NCBI GenBank assembly: GCA_038496445.1
Contig: JALMLS010000507.1
Coordinates: 496,001 to 560,000 of the forward strand
Direction: 5' to 3'
Length of the DNA stretch: 64,000 nucleotides
From: Trichosphaerium sp. ATCC 40318
Taxonomy: Eukaryota; Protista; Tubulinea
The notes under the pieces were generated by a model. The model worked only from the letters and a program-made list of their open reading frames with translations, was not told the DNA's origin and ran no database searches. Of this stretch, positions 26,006-39,346 are shown piece after piece. Both the position numbers and the translations under genes were made by a program. Each line of letters begins with the position of its first letter. Positions within the stretch are counted from its first letter, which is position 1.

Positions 26006-27379
26006 GAGGTGCGTTCCTTGTGTGTGCTCTTGTTATTTGATTATTTTTACGACAATGAACACTGTCGAAAAATGGGATTCAATACAACGAAACGACGCAC
26101 AATGGTGCCGCTGTTTAAACCCTTTAAACCCTTTAAACCCTTACAATATGCTTCACGTTCTACACCTGGCTTGAAAGTCTTCAATACTGCGTTTTACAAA
26201 AACTTGGATACTCAACGCATCAACAGTAAGTATTTGTAATTTGTTTGTAGGTCGCTACAGGCGTTGTTCTAGGCGAAGCGCTGTCGCTAGCGCGCTAGTG
26301 AAGCGGCAGTTCACATATTCACTCTTCCCAAAGTACTCCCTATGTATAGTGGTATTTACCTTTTACGCCAATACTGGATGGTTATACAAGGAAACAAAAA
26401 CAGTGCGGGGACCGGCGTTTTTTGTGGCTAGGGACAGTTCACACATGGATCTGGTGGCTTGAAACTAAATAACAAAAGGGAGTACTCCAGTTTCAGCTTT
26501 AGATCTCGTTTTTTATATCACGTGACGTGTTTACGACGTTACGGACCTCGAACTTTTTGTAGAGTTACAAGTTGTCTCAATAAATTGTCTCGTAACAAAT
26601 TGTGTTTATAATACACAGCGCAAGTAAAAATATGTCGACGCGCTTATACGCTACTAGCTGAGCATAAAAAGAAAGGGCGCTAGTTAAATCAAATCCTGTT
26701 TTGTATCACAACTTAATACATTTTTGTTTGTCGCCATGGACCGAAACAATACCCTCAGTAGTACGCCTAAGAGTATTACATTCAGTTCCATCTCATACAA
26801 GCAGTGCGAAATTTACAAACTTTTCAAAACGAAAAAAAAACTTTCTTGTACTCAAACCGCGTTGGTTTGTACTCGTAAGTAGAGAACATACTTGTACTGG
26901 AAGAAAAGTACAGGTACTTTTTAGGATTATTGTACTGGGGAACAGTTTGTACTCAAGTACTGAGTGCACGTAATTTTTTCCCTTGTATCACATGTACTTG
27001 TTGTCTCAAATTTCAGCCACCTTTGCGACGCTAGCAGCCATCGTACGAAATGTTTTTCTGGTATTACAACATGGATAAATACTACAATCCCGGAATATCT
27101 GTTTTTTAATATCTTTTTTGAACTTGAAACATAGTTTTTCACCGTTTGGCGTATGTCATATTGTTTTTACCCACATAGTTGTATTAAATTTGTTACACAC
27201 TTCACGAAACGCTCACTGACACTTTATCACCACCCAAGTTGGCACGTTGGTGACAAAAAATTTGAACTCAATGAATATGATAGTTGGGCGATATCTGCGA
27301 TGTCATTACAGCGCTGACTGTGCAGTCGAACCCAAAAAAAAAAAACGTCATGTTATGTTATTTGTCGTTTATTTTTTTT

Positions 27380-28485
27380 ACAATGTGACTAAACGCAGAA
27401 GGACCAATCAACAAGCATACAATTCGCACATAGAGGGTTAGTCTTTCTACAAATAGTCTGACCAAACCCAACACATTGATGGTTTATTCCATCCTTTCCC
27501 CATACTTTCTTTGGAAGCCATGTCTCGAGCTCCTTTGCAGTTTTTACTAGATTATTTTTTTCATGTACCCAACCAAGTCTTACAAATACTATTGACACGT
27601 ACGTCAACACCAATACCAATAGGCCAAAAAAAGACGTATCATCAGTACCACTGTTATTTAAAAGCGACGCACTTATTCCATTCATGTGTAAGCGTAAGCA
27701 TTGCTACTTATACTCAACAGAAGGAAGCTTCATTAACTCTAAGTTTTTTTGGTACGATTACTAATAGTTCGTAAAAAGGATAATTTATCCCTTGGAAAGT
27801 TCTACTAACCTATCCTTGACTCAGGTATATCACCATTATCTCCAAGTAATACACTCGATAAATGCTAACTAAAACTTTGAGGGTTTTAAACATAACGCTT
27901 CTTAACACGCGCTCTAGCTTGTTGAACACGGGTTGGCACATCAATCATAGTACAACTTGATGTGAGTGAGATAGTCTGTTCATTGCTGACGGCGATGTAA
28001 GCACATGAAATCGGCTCTCTTTCTTTGTATAGCCATTATTGGTCCATGCATTACACCCTACAGTATCCTAATGAGATATTTGAGCGTTTGTAGATAATTA
28101 TATTTTGTGGCACGTACAATGGTGCTAATGCGCTCATTCGCATTGACTGGATTGTGTTGTACGTTTTACGCCACGCATACTGTACTTTATCACTATTAAC
28201 ACGAAAACCCGTCTGTTGGCGGCGAGTTTCCTGTCATTTAGACCGCTTTTTACAAAGAAACCTCGGAAAGTTTTCAGTTGTAGCGTTTGTTGTCATCTTT
28301 TGGCGTGTTTACAAGAAAACTCGCACTGTTTTCGGCGTTTTTGCCTCTTGCTCACAACACTCCTGAAACATACAAATAGTCGAACTTGGCTCTTCTACGC
28401 ATGTAAAGCCATACAGAGGCGGAAACGTTTCAGTGGAAGTCGTTTCCGCAGCCATTATTATTCTCCTTGTTTTCGTGGTCACCAT
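27380..28485 (-). pseudogene. NTH1: Endonuclease III (NTH1/NTHL1-like DNA glycosylase) pseudogene
   Basis: Recognisable blocks: WRKTYNTIQSMR..AP/DTVGC, RFHVLTS, GDIPE, YKVAMLTLTHEW, GIGVDVRVNSIC/RLGWV, ELETWLPK and VGFGQTICRKTNPLCANC. Frameshifts near 28120, 27580 and 27402; the LMLSSQTKD block is missing near 27990. Confidence 0.85.
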
Positions 28486-28825
28486 GCTGTCCACGATAAT
28501 ATGTCAGCATGTTACAGCAATTCTCCTCGCGTACAAAAGAAAAAAACGCATGTTAGATTTTACTGACAACTTCTCCAATCAACTAGACTATCTATAGCTC
28601 CAACATAGTACAATACAAGTGATGGAGCTATAGCAGCGGTGGAAGGCAATTCGGTAATACGAGATGTATTGGATCAGTTTTGGATGGTGTACAAGTAGTG
28701 TTTACCTCTGTCGACTGTACTCGAATACTGTAACAAAACAGTGTCAGTCACTGTAAAATACATGTTCTATTTTATTTAATGTCCAAACTTACAAGTAAGT
28801 CGTAGGGTGCCTTTTGTGTATTATT

Positions 28826-31800
28826 TTATTTTTTTTGCTTTTTTGTTGGAACAACACGCTTTCCCCAAAGTTGTACGGCTTTCCACTCTGTTTTTAAACA
28901 TAAGAAAATACTCTCTTTAATTATAGATTTTACTTACCTTCTCTATTTAAGCACCATATGGGCTGTCCATCAACAGCAATAGTATAAGCAACTGGTGATA
29001 ACTCAGAGTCATTCATTTCGTCAAAAAGTGATTCAAAAGTTGGAATGTTTGGCTGCTTTCCAGCAACAAGATCTTCAACAGCAACATCTAATTTTGATGC
29101 TACTTGTTTATTTGTATCCCAAAAATGTGATAGAGCAGTTTCGAGTATCATTGTAGGAATTTTTTGAACCTCTAAATCAAAAACAGTTAAGAAAAACAAG
29201 AAAAAAACAAGAAATCAAAACAGTTTCTTACGTGGTACATCGCTCATAGTATGAACCATTAGACTTGCAATATTACACATCCACATTGCTAATTTATCTG
29301 TAATATCTTTTCCATTCAGAAGCTCAATCATTTTAAACACAGAGTCAACAGATTGCCCTGTATGTTTACCTTTAAACAAAAAGTTAAACCAAAAAAAAAA
29401 CAAGTTGTTTGTCAGTATTAAGTCCTCAAATTCGATATCAAGTACTATCAATTGTATGGAATATGTTTTGAATGTATAACAAAGATGGTCTTAAACGATA
29501 TTGAAAAGCATCCTTTGTATTAAGTCGTTGGATTTCGAAACTGTTTTTTTCCACTCTTTTTGGTTGTTGGCTGGATTTTGACGTACCAAATCGCCTTAAA
29601 ATAATATGTACAGATCGATAAAGTAACACAAGCGCGTGATCCCATTGATTAACGCAAGAAAGTACATTTCCCCAGTTATGTAATATTTTTGAAAGAGAAA
29701 CATGATGTGAAGAAACGTCCCTTCTTAATCCCTTAATAAATATAAGAAAAACAAAGTATGTGAAGAACCAAAAACCAGTTCTCAGAACTTGAATAAAGAA
29801 AAAGAACAGCCTTCATTTATAAGCTGATAAAAAGTATTGCAATTATTAGCCCACAGTAGTCGCGAAAAGATACAAGGTGCAAGAAGTAGAACAAACGAAA
29901 TCGCTTGAGCAAAAAAAGTCTCAAACTTCAAAGTACCTTGAAAGCATAACGAAATAAATGTGTAGCATAGTTATACTCTTTTAGAGAAGCGTAAATATTA
30001 GCCAAATTAGACAAAGTCTGAAAATACTCGAATCTTCTCTCTGAAGCCATCTCAAGAAGATACAAAGCCTTTCTATGATGTGAAAGAGCTTGAGTCAAAT
30101 TTCCTAAACGGTATGTTAGTAGAAAAAAAACACGTGGTATTGGTAACCTTGATGTTTTGCCACGTGACCAAGTTGATTACATACTTTGGCACTCTCTTTT
30201 ATAGCACCAATTTCTATACCAATATTTAACGCCTTTGTATAAATCTCTGTGACCCTACACTTTTATGAGACTTTGGATTAACAAGAAATTAATTGACTAA
30301 ACAATGTCATTTTTCTCTGCTGTATTATGACTTTCTAATTACCTTGAATCGCTTGCCCATTCCATAATATTTCCTAGAGCATAGTACATATCAAAATTAC
30401 CCTTGAATACAAATATGTGAGCCAAAGAAAGAAAGTAATATCAAAAAGACTAGAACAAACCTTTGTGACTGCTTTTGATTTTTTCAAACGACGGAGTCCT
30501 TTTATACCGCTTACAAGTGCGTTTATACTCTTTTCAAACTCCTTTGCAGCAATATGCGCCAAAGATAATGTCCTATACGTATTGACATAAACACCAATAC
30601 GTACAACCTAGACCTGTTAAGAAAGAACAAAGCGTTTGTGTTTTGTTTTTTTCTTATTTTTTACTTACTTTTTTTGAGATGATTGTCGTAGCCATATTAA
30701 GGTATGTCAATGCGTTTGATGTATCATTACAAGCCATTGCTTTAGAAGCAACAACACATAATGCATTACATACACTTGATGATTCCTCACCAAATACAGA
30801 GCGCAATAAAGTCCATGTTTTCTTTGCTCTTACAAAATCTTTTGTAGCATCATACTTTTGGCTTGTAAACTGTTTTTAACGTTACTCGAATATCATCATA
30901 ATACTATGGTTTCTTGTAATTATAATAAACGTACATTTGTTCGTATGAATGGACATGGTTCTTTAATGACAGGGTAAAGTGCAATGTGCTCCGCTTTGAA
31001 TTTTTTTCCAACCTCGGGCTGTGTGCCTTTTTAGCTATTAGTTCAAACGGGTTATACAATAACTAAGTGTACCAACTTCTATCAATCCTGATAAACTATA
31101 TATCCTCATTCTTAGATCTTTAAGATCAATCTAGTCTTAGGTTTTAACACAACAACAAAGCCAAAGAAAAAAAATATGCAGCATAAAAATAAGTTGACAC
31201 ATTCGTTTGTATGGTACCAATGTTATTAATTTTGTCCAGTTTAGTGTGACTTTGAAATGAACTTTCGCACGAAGTGATACAGATCTCCAAAAATCAGCTT
31301 CAGGTGACCCAGGAGTTATCGGATTCATGGCTAAATTGATATGTTTTACAGCCGCCTCAAGAATAGACTCATCTGTGTAGTTATTAGCAATGCTAACGCT
31401 CTAGAAGATACTAATGGCTTACGAGAATCAACCTTTCTCCAAGCAGAATATATCAATCCTTTTATAGTTCTAGCCAAGATCTCAACCACCAAACGAGCTC
31501 TAACTTTTTCCATCTCAAGAGGAACTATTTTCATAATATTAGAAAACAGACGTTAGAATTTGGTTTTTTGTGATTTTCTGTGGCTGACCTTTTTCTAAAA
31601 CTACTCCAAGATGACGCATATTGATCCCATATTGATGTGCCAGAAATGTTAGAGTATCCACATATTGACTGACGCGAGAAATTCTCTGAAAAGACGTTAG
31701 CTTGTACAATCCATCGTAAATTTTCTTACACTGTTTTTTTCCTCATGTAGTATTGGTACATAGTCAGCACCTTGGTAAGGTATTCTTAATTGAAGATTCC

Positions 31801-34478
31801 CTTGTTCTTGGTGTTTTTTAAGAGAAGCAATAAGTTTAGGAATCTGGGACCTAATCATGAAACGAAAAGCAACAGAAATTTCTCGATTGTGTACCTACAT
31901 CAAGAAATAAGTACTTTCATTGAACGTCATATGAAACAATGCTGTGGCAAACAACCATGTAAGGGTATCGAGATAATTGTTTTTCAAATGTTGATCCAAC
32001 ATGGCAAGGCAACACTTAGGTGAAGCCAAAGAAATACAACAGTTGTGATGGTCGAGAAACGGTTTTCTTGGCGTACATCAGCATTTCTTTTACCATGTTT
32101 TGAGAAAGCATCTGCACTTAATGCAGAACTATGTTTGGCTACAAGTTCAGGGCGTAATAATGTTACACTATTTTCTTCTGTAGGCATAACATCTGACAGA
32201 GAAGAAACTGTTAAGAAAAAAACAAGAAACAAGTGAAGACGACTCACTTTGTGGTGGCTCAGCAGGAAACAATTTGGATGCATTCATCACATAGAATCTA
32301 CCATCACTACCAAGGTGTCCTATTTAAATGTGTTAGAAAAGAGAAAGGCAAAAAAAATCGTTACCTTGAAGGTCAGCTTGAGTGTGAATAAGTACACCTC
32401 TAACGAAATGAGACTTAAGATTTAAATGCTGTGATATCTGCCACAACAAATGACCCATATGTTTATCCTTATGTACTTAATAAGTAACGCATACAATTAT
32501 TATACAACGAACATACCCGATGTTTTCCGTCCTCATGAAACCCAAAACACATCGTACTTTTATCAACTGGAACAAGAGATGATGCAAAAACCTAGTGGAA
32601 GATTACAATCTCATCCAACTTGAAGTACACAGTACCTTGTGTCCACAGTACTGTATGACCGCTGTTAAAGGTACTCGTATCTTATAGGTATGTATTAGAG
32701 AAGCTTAACGCGTGTTAGATTAACAGGACGTACAGAAGTAACTCCAGAAAAACTAACACTCAAAAGTGCTCTATGCTCATTATTTATCATTTTATGTAGC
32801 GACTCCTATGTTTGACCTGTGAGTATACAAAGGTGGTAAAAAAGGCGGTGTACAATATTGCTAACACGACTGGATACTAAAGTAAGTGCAATATTATCAA
32901 TAACAAACGTATTACCAGCTTTATCAACAGCAACATGTTCCTGGAAGAAAAATGCTTAGTTAAACATCAAATGGCATTGTCACTTTTTTGCGCACGTGTT
33001 TTGTTCCTTTAAGGAACATGTCAGTCACTATCTTTTTTGCTAACAAAGAAGAGGCCTTTGCAAAATCGAAATAAAGATTCGTTATATCCAAGTCAAGACG
33101 TTCATGTTCTTCAGTATGTTTTGTAACACGATCTCTGAGCTGCTGAAACTCAAAGTGCCATTCCCTTGATTTTCCTGTTTCCAGTTATTCAACAAAGATT
33201 CATCCAAGCTAAACGTACCTGAAGTATCTTCCTCAAACATAGCATTTGATAGACTGAATTCTAACGTAGGAAGAGGGGCAATAGGCATACTCGCTCCAAC
33301 TAAAGAAGCACTATCCTTATTTGTATTCAATGATATTTCACTAACTTCTTCATCAGTATACTCCTTCGATACCTAAACAAGTTAACTTAAAAACAAAAGA
33401 GTTGGAAGTAAACATTCATACATACCCACTGTAGTACAAGTAGTCTAGTGGCAACTTTTAATGTGGTTATAGCACCAGAATAGAGTTTTATTAACGGTGC
33501 AACAGTCGTAGTGTCCGAACCAATCTACAAAACAAGTAAGACGGTGACTTATCAATTTTTGTACTTACGAGAAGCAATTGAGCTTTAGGAAGTTTTAATA
33601 CCACTAAAGGGACCAGGTTCGTAGCCAACTCATCGCCTACAATGACAAGACGATAATCCACTTGCTTTTTTTCGAAATGAGGCGATAGTTCTTCCTTGGA
33701 CATAACAACAGTGACAGTAGCATGCTACAACGTTTGACTTAGCGAGCTACAATGCAAAACCTATAAATAAATAACTGTACCTCTTTAATAGCACTAACTA
33801 TATCCTTGCTGTGGGTAGAGTATTCAAGATCAACCTTATTATATTTGTCAATAGAAACACGTGATACAGTGACAAATAAAATAGAAAAAAAAAACTATGT
33901 ACCCAAAGGATGTGATCACCTGTTGACACTTGAGATGCATGCTTTAATTTATCTATCACGTGCGTTATAGCTCTAAAAAGTTATCAGAGAAATACATTTG
34001 GCGGGAGAACGGAGTATAACGCGTACGTAATCCACTGTTGAACCTTTTCTTTAGATGTAGTCGAGAAATAGTCTATTCTGTCTACTCTTGTGTCAGAAAT
34101 AAACGCCCACACAAATTAGTGAACGTGCCGTCCGTTGCAATGTAGAAACAATGGTCCTACCGAGTTTAGGAGTTTAATATCATATATTCCGACACAAGAG
34201 CGCGAAACTACCTTTTTTTTGTATCCTGACGCGTCTTTAACCTGTGTTGAAGCGTCTACTACAATTCTACCGACTACCTTGTTTATTGTTATTACAATAG
34301 TGCTCAAAATGCCACATACCTCTTGTTTAGGGTTGTAACAATAGATACACGGATCAATACGCCACTCTGTTCCTAGCTTGAACAGATTTGTTTTCCAAGC
34401 CTTGTTTTTGGTTACCATAGAACTTAAGAACGCGCGTACGTCTCCATCTGGTACTTTACGCACTAAAATACCTTCCAT
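28826..34478 (-). CDS. Clu (clustered mitochondria)-domain protein with N-terminal PH-like region and C-terminal TPR-like helices
   Basis: Clu and CLU-central motifs VDYRLVIV, HLNLKSH, GHLGSDGRFYVMNASKLFP, TLLRPELV, LSADAFS and AHQYGINMRHLG. The N-terminus MEGILVRK..WKTNLFKL..CIYCY..VVGRIVV is PH-like. Helical repeats lie at about 29500-30800. Confidence 0.75.
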
Positions 34479-34643
34479 TATCAATATGAAGTGTGTAACC
34501 TTGCCATAGGTCCCAGTATGTTAAAAAAAAATTACACAAGTTATACAACAAGGCCAATAAAACGAAATGTAACACAAGTGTCAAGTCTGACAAATTCAGA
34601 AAAACAGAACCTGGCATTTATTTTTTTTTTGCTTTTTTTTTGT

Positions 34644-35698
34644 TTACCAAAAGACTCCTGACTCTAATGGTGGAGCTTCTTGTAATGGTTTCCATGAATC
34701 AGGTTGTGTCCATTCATTACTATTAGTCATAGAACAGTATCCATTCAAGTACGTTGCCATAGAGTGTGCGTCACCAAAGTTATCGCCTTCGTTTACAAAT
34801 TGTATAATTGAAAAAATAGGAATATTCTATTGATGACAAAATATTAGCATTTGGTGGAAGACAAATAACCGTACCGCGTTTTCACAGCATGTTATAAGGT
34901 GTTGTGTTGCTGAATTTTTCTTTACGACGGATAGAAGAGAGTTTGGTTCAAGCGGTATCCATTTTAATTTGGAAGCTTTTTCTGTATCAATATTTTTATT
35001 ATCTTTTGCTAGTTTGTCCAAGAATCGAAACTGTGGGCTAAAGAGATGGCGTCAGGACGATTTTTTAACAGTTTTAAAAAAATATTAAACTAAATAGAGA
35101 GAAAGGCGATTTGTGGTACCCTGATAGCTGTGATTCTGTTCTCATGCTTGCATCTGCTGTAGAGAGCATTATAACTTGAGAAAATCCTGCTTTTGAAATC
35201 CAATTAGTAACGCTTTTTCCAAATAATGCGTTTCTATTCTAATAGTCGTTAATACGCGTAGGGGATTGTAATTTCATGTACTGGAATGACTGGGGCACGT
35301 TGTTGTAACAGAACAGTTTTTGATTTAGCACAGAGGAACACTAAAAGCATGCTTAGCGTCTCAGTATGTAGAAAGTTTTGTACACTCAATATTTGTGGTG
35401 AGCTCTCCCTTTCTCCCGCAAAAGGCGTCGTTACCAATGGCAGGTACTACATTGGGCTCCTCAAGGTATCCTGTGGTGCATTATTATTACTGAAGACTGT
35501 TTTCGTTTAATCAACGTACCAACGCGTGGTAAACTCTCTGATGCTACAACCAAGTCCACACATAGCTGTCCTACATTTCCAATTGAAAGTGAAGGCTAAA
35601 AAGATAAGCTATTTAGCTACATTGCGTTACAAGAATGTACGTACTACCACAAGGGTATAGCCTGAAAATGACACGCTGTCGCCGGAAGGAAAGAACAT
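34644..35698 (-). CDS. PSMG2: Proteasome assembly chaperone 2 (PAC2)
   Basis: FSGYTLVVPSLSIGNVGQLCVDL, VVPAIGNDAF, LLQQRAP, FVNEGDNFGDA and WTQPDSWK match the PAC2 family. Confidence 0.92.
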
Positions 35699-35756
35699 TA
35701 TAAGTGTCGCTTATTCGTTACTTAATTTAGTAAGGCAAAAAAACAGACAACAACGC

Positions 35757-37094
35757 ATGAAAGCTAAAAGGTACTGTTTTGTTATAACCCAAGCGCAGGA
35801 GAAAGCCAGAAATGAAACTGCTTCAAACAGCGTTTATTTGTAGCTACTACGCCACAATTACTTCTTTTACTGACCATGCGCTTGCGCTAACGTGAATTCC
35901 AGGACTTTACCTTCTACAATTGCTACTACGAGCTCATGTCTTCTTGATATACCCGTAGAGCTTCATTTGGCGCTCGGAGGTTAGTTGTAGATAGTGTTTG
36001 TTTAAAATAGCATCTAACCAATTGCAATAGATTTAGATTACGAAATCTACAAAAAATGGCCAACCTTGTGCCTTCACGCTGCTACTACAACTCGTTATGA
36101 TGCCAAACTACGTTTCCACGGTAAACACAAGCTTGTATTTGAAGGTGACTTGTATACACAGTACTATAAACATGGTCTAAAGCAAGGAGAACATAGACAC
36201 TTTCGTCTTGTTGATAACAAACCTACTAAGCTTCTTGGATTATGTTACTACAAGGATCATAAACTAAACGGTGAGTACAAGTGTTGGTATGAAAACGGTC
36301 AGATAAGTGAGGAATGCTCTTATATAATGGATAAAAAAGAAGGCAAATGCAGCGAGTGGTACGAGAATGGTCAAACTAGAAAAACAGAATTTTTTGCGAA
36401 TGGAGAAAAAGAAGGAGAAGTCGTTGAGTGGCACGAAAATGGAGCTGTACAAGAGAAGAGATTTTATAAGAATGGATTAGTAGAAGGTATGCGTAGATCA
36501 TGGTATGATACTGGAGAGAAAAACAGTGAGGTTAGATACGTTAAAGGTCATAGAGAAGGTGATTTTAAGGAATGGTATAAAAATGGTCAGTTGCGTCATG
36601 ACTGGCATTATAAGGATAATGTGCCTGATGGTGTTGATAGAAATTGGCATAGAAATGGTCAAGTACAGCTTGAGTCACATAATAAGGATGGTGTCCCTCA
36701 TGGACGCCATAGAGAGTGGCATTCTAATGGTCAAGTTTATATTGATCAAAACTATATTGAAGGTAGACTTTATGGTGTTGCCATGAGTTGGTATGATACT
36801 GGTATTGAGTGTAGTATGTTTAATTTTAAAGGTGGACAACTTCATGGTCTTATTCGGTTTTGGCATGAGAACGGACAGCTTCGGGAGGAATATACTTGTA
36901 CAGATAATAGAAAGCAAGGTGAATGGAAGACATGGGATGCTGAAGGTAAGTTACTCACTTGTGAAGTAATGAAAGATGGAGAAAATATCTTAAAACCAAA
37001 GGAGCCCGAGGTAGAAAAAGAGGAAGAAAAAGAAGAAAAACCTACGTTCCAAAGAGGACAAATCAAAAAGAGAAGAATGAATATTAAAAAATAA
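35757..37094 (+). CDS. F-box-like plus MORN-variant (YwqK-like) repeat protein
   Basis: Two short 5' introns give MKAKR..CLLDIPVELHLALGDLDYEIYKKWPTLC, followed by an intronless array of ~24-aa repeats (WYENGQ..YK.G...G). Confidence 0.85.
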
Positions 37095-37413
37095 CACAAA
37101 AATTACTTGGTATTTTTGTGGAAAACTGAAGAAGTGACGTAATTGTAATGTGTTCCATAATCTAATAGTATCTAATAAATAACACAACCTTCCAGTAAAT
37201 GTAGCCAAGTGTACACCAGAACAATTTCGACTGAAAGTCAAAGTCGTCAAATCAGCATTGCTGAAAAAACATAAAGCCAAATCAATATTTGTTTGCTAGT
37301 GACGAATTGATTGACTGTTTGCCATTTATTAACAAAAGGTTTTATTGTACAATTTATAATTACAAGTACGTATTTTAGGGTTTACACTGTCGCACAGAGA
37401 GTATGTACTCTAT

Positions 37414-38860
37414 TTAACAACACTTGAATATTTTAGTCTTTTTTTTAGGTTTTTTAAGAAGAGCAGCATTAATAGAATGGTTATAAGAACCATCTGATGT
37501 CTGACCATCATATGTATCACCTTCATAACCGAAACAAGCGCCATACCATTTTTGGTAGTTATCTGCTGTAAGTCCAAAAACAAAGAAAGCAGTCCATCCA
37601 ATACTACATAATGCAATAACATGCAATACAATAAATGCAATACTACGATCTTGTATGTCAGGATAGACCACCTTAAAAACACAATTGTCAGTATAATATC
37701 ACGAGTTATTAGGAGTACACGTACTTGATATATTCGGTGGGCAAGCATTACAACAAATGCACCAACAAATAAGATTACTGAAGTTATGTGGCGGTAAAGA
37801 TATAAGAATGGCGATCTTGAATTTGCGTTTGAATTAAATGAATACATTTTGAATATCACGAGTATCCTTAAAATTAATAAGCCATCTGGTTACGTAGTGC
37901 TCATATTATTGTACCAAAAAATTAGTCCTGCAAGAGTGACAACACCCATCTGGCCATAAAAAAATACGACTAAGAAAAAAATAAGATATAGCCAACTGAT
38001 TATTGAAGGTTAACGTACACTCCCACAGGCCGTTTTTAGCGCCCGTTATGAAGCACCATAACGCTGTAGGTACATACATTTCTTTGTGCCATACTTTTAG
38101 TAAAATAGGTATGCCTGCTTGAAGAAGAGGAAAGCCCCAAGCTGAATACCAAAAAACCAAGTTAGGAATAAATGATTCTTGTGTTTTTTCTTATTTTGAA
38201 ACGAATTCGTTAATTTCTACGTACCTATAAAGTGATAGATGATTTGACGCCCAATACTGTTACCCCTTCTTAGTACAATTATAATACTACGGGTATTAGG
38301 TCAGCTGCGAGAGTGAAAAAGAAAATGACGTACAAAAGGTCTAATGAAAGGAAAAAGAACCACCACATTGCTACACAACCAAAGTAAACGATTCCAACGC
38401 CTTTTTTATCGTTTAGTGTCCAATCAGGAAAGTAATGCAAACAACTAACCTTGTATTTGGCACAAAATATTGTTTTTAAGGTTAGAACGCGAAGGAAGAG
38501 TGCCAACAGATACGAATAGTAGCGTTAACATTATACAAATTGTAAAATACATTACAATGATGTGTGGGTAGAATCTAGGCGATTTAAATGAGTTTGGGAC
38601 GATACAGGCACGGGTATCGTTCACAAAAAAAACGTACCGCTTGAATTTTGCGTAAGTCACTACTATAGGTACGCATAATGCGATACTATATCGTATTAGT
38701 TATTCATTGCGTTTTGGAAATTAAACTTGTAAAACTACCTTGACCAGCACAAACACTGCATGACAATATGCACTACATCAATTTGATGCTCTGTAACTGT
38801 CATAAAGAACTTCAGAACCTCTCTTAAATCTGCGAACGTTACAATAAGCAGAAAATACAT
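37414..38860 (-). CDS. Seven-transmembrane GPCR, cAMP-receptor-like/Frizzled-like class
   Basis: RFYPHIIVMY, LCQIQGVGIVYFGCVAMWW, SAWGFPLL, ALWCFI and IGWTAFFVFGLT; seven hydrophobic segments. The start could instead be at 38803. Confidence 0.8.
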
Positions 38861-39346
38861 GACTTTTTTTTTGCCTTTTTTGTACTATTTGTTCACTCCG
38901 GAATATTCACCTGAATAGTGCCAAATTTTTTGGTTTAGATATAAATATAGTGCTAGGAAGTGCAGTGAGGGGTTACAATAAAGCTTTATGTACGACGTTG
39001 CATGGAGTAGTACAGAAAAAGTGCGTGCTTGGAACTTATCTTGTGCCTGTCGAAAAGTAGTTTACTTAGCTCAGTGTCACTACACGCTACTCTGCGTAAA
39101 TTATGTAACTTTAATCACAAACCTATCAAAGGCTGTGACAAGATCAGTACTGTAGTAATACCTTTATAGAAACTCAGGAAAAAAATTTCTTTTTTTTATA
39201 CTCATCACAACTGAGTTAACAACACCGTTCTTGTTCCAACTTATGTTTATTTGTTGTTTAATATTTGTTGTACAAATTGAATTAAAAATTGTGAACACAG
39301 TACAACTTGTTCACGTGTTATGATAGTCTGGTACTGATAAAAAAAT

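Noticed and set aside
26114-26140. (TTTAAACCC)x3 as a telomeric seed
   Set aside because: Only three units and not a telomere repeat I recognise; treated as a simple microsatellite.
36066-37094. Bacterial YwqK toxin-antitoxin module or contamination
   Set aside because: The gene has spliceosomal introns at its 5' end and an F-box-like start, sits among eukaryotic genes, and has no adjacent toxin.
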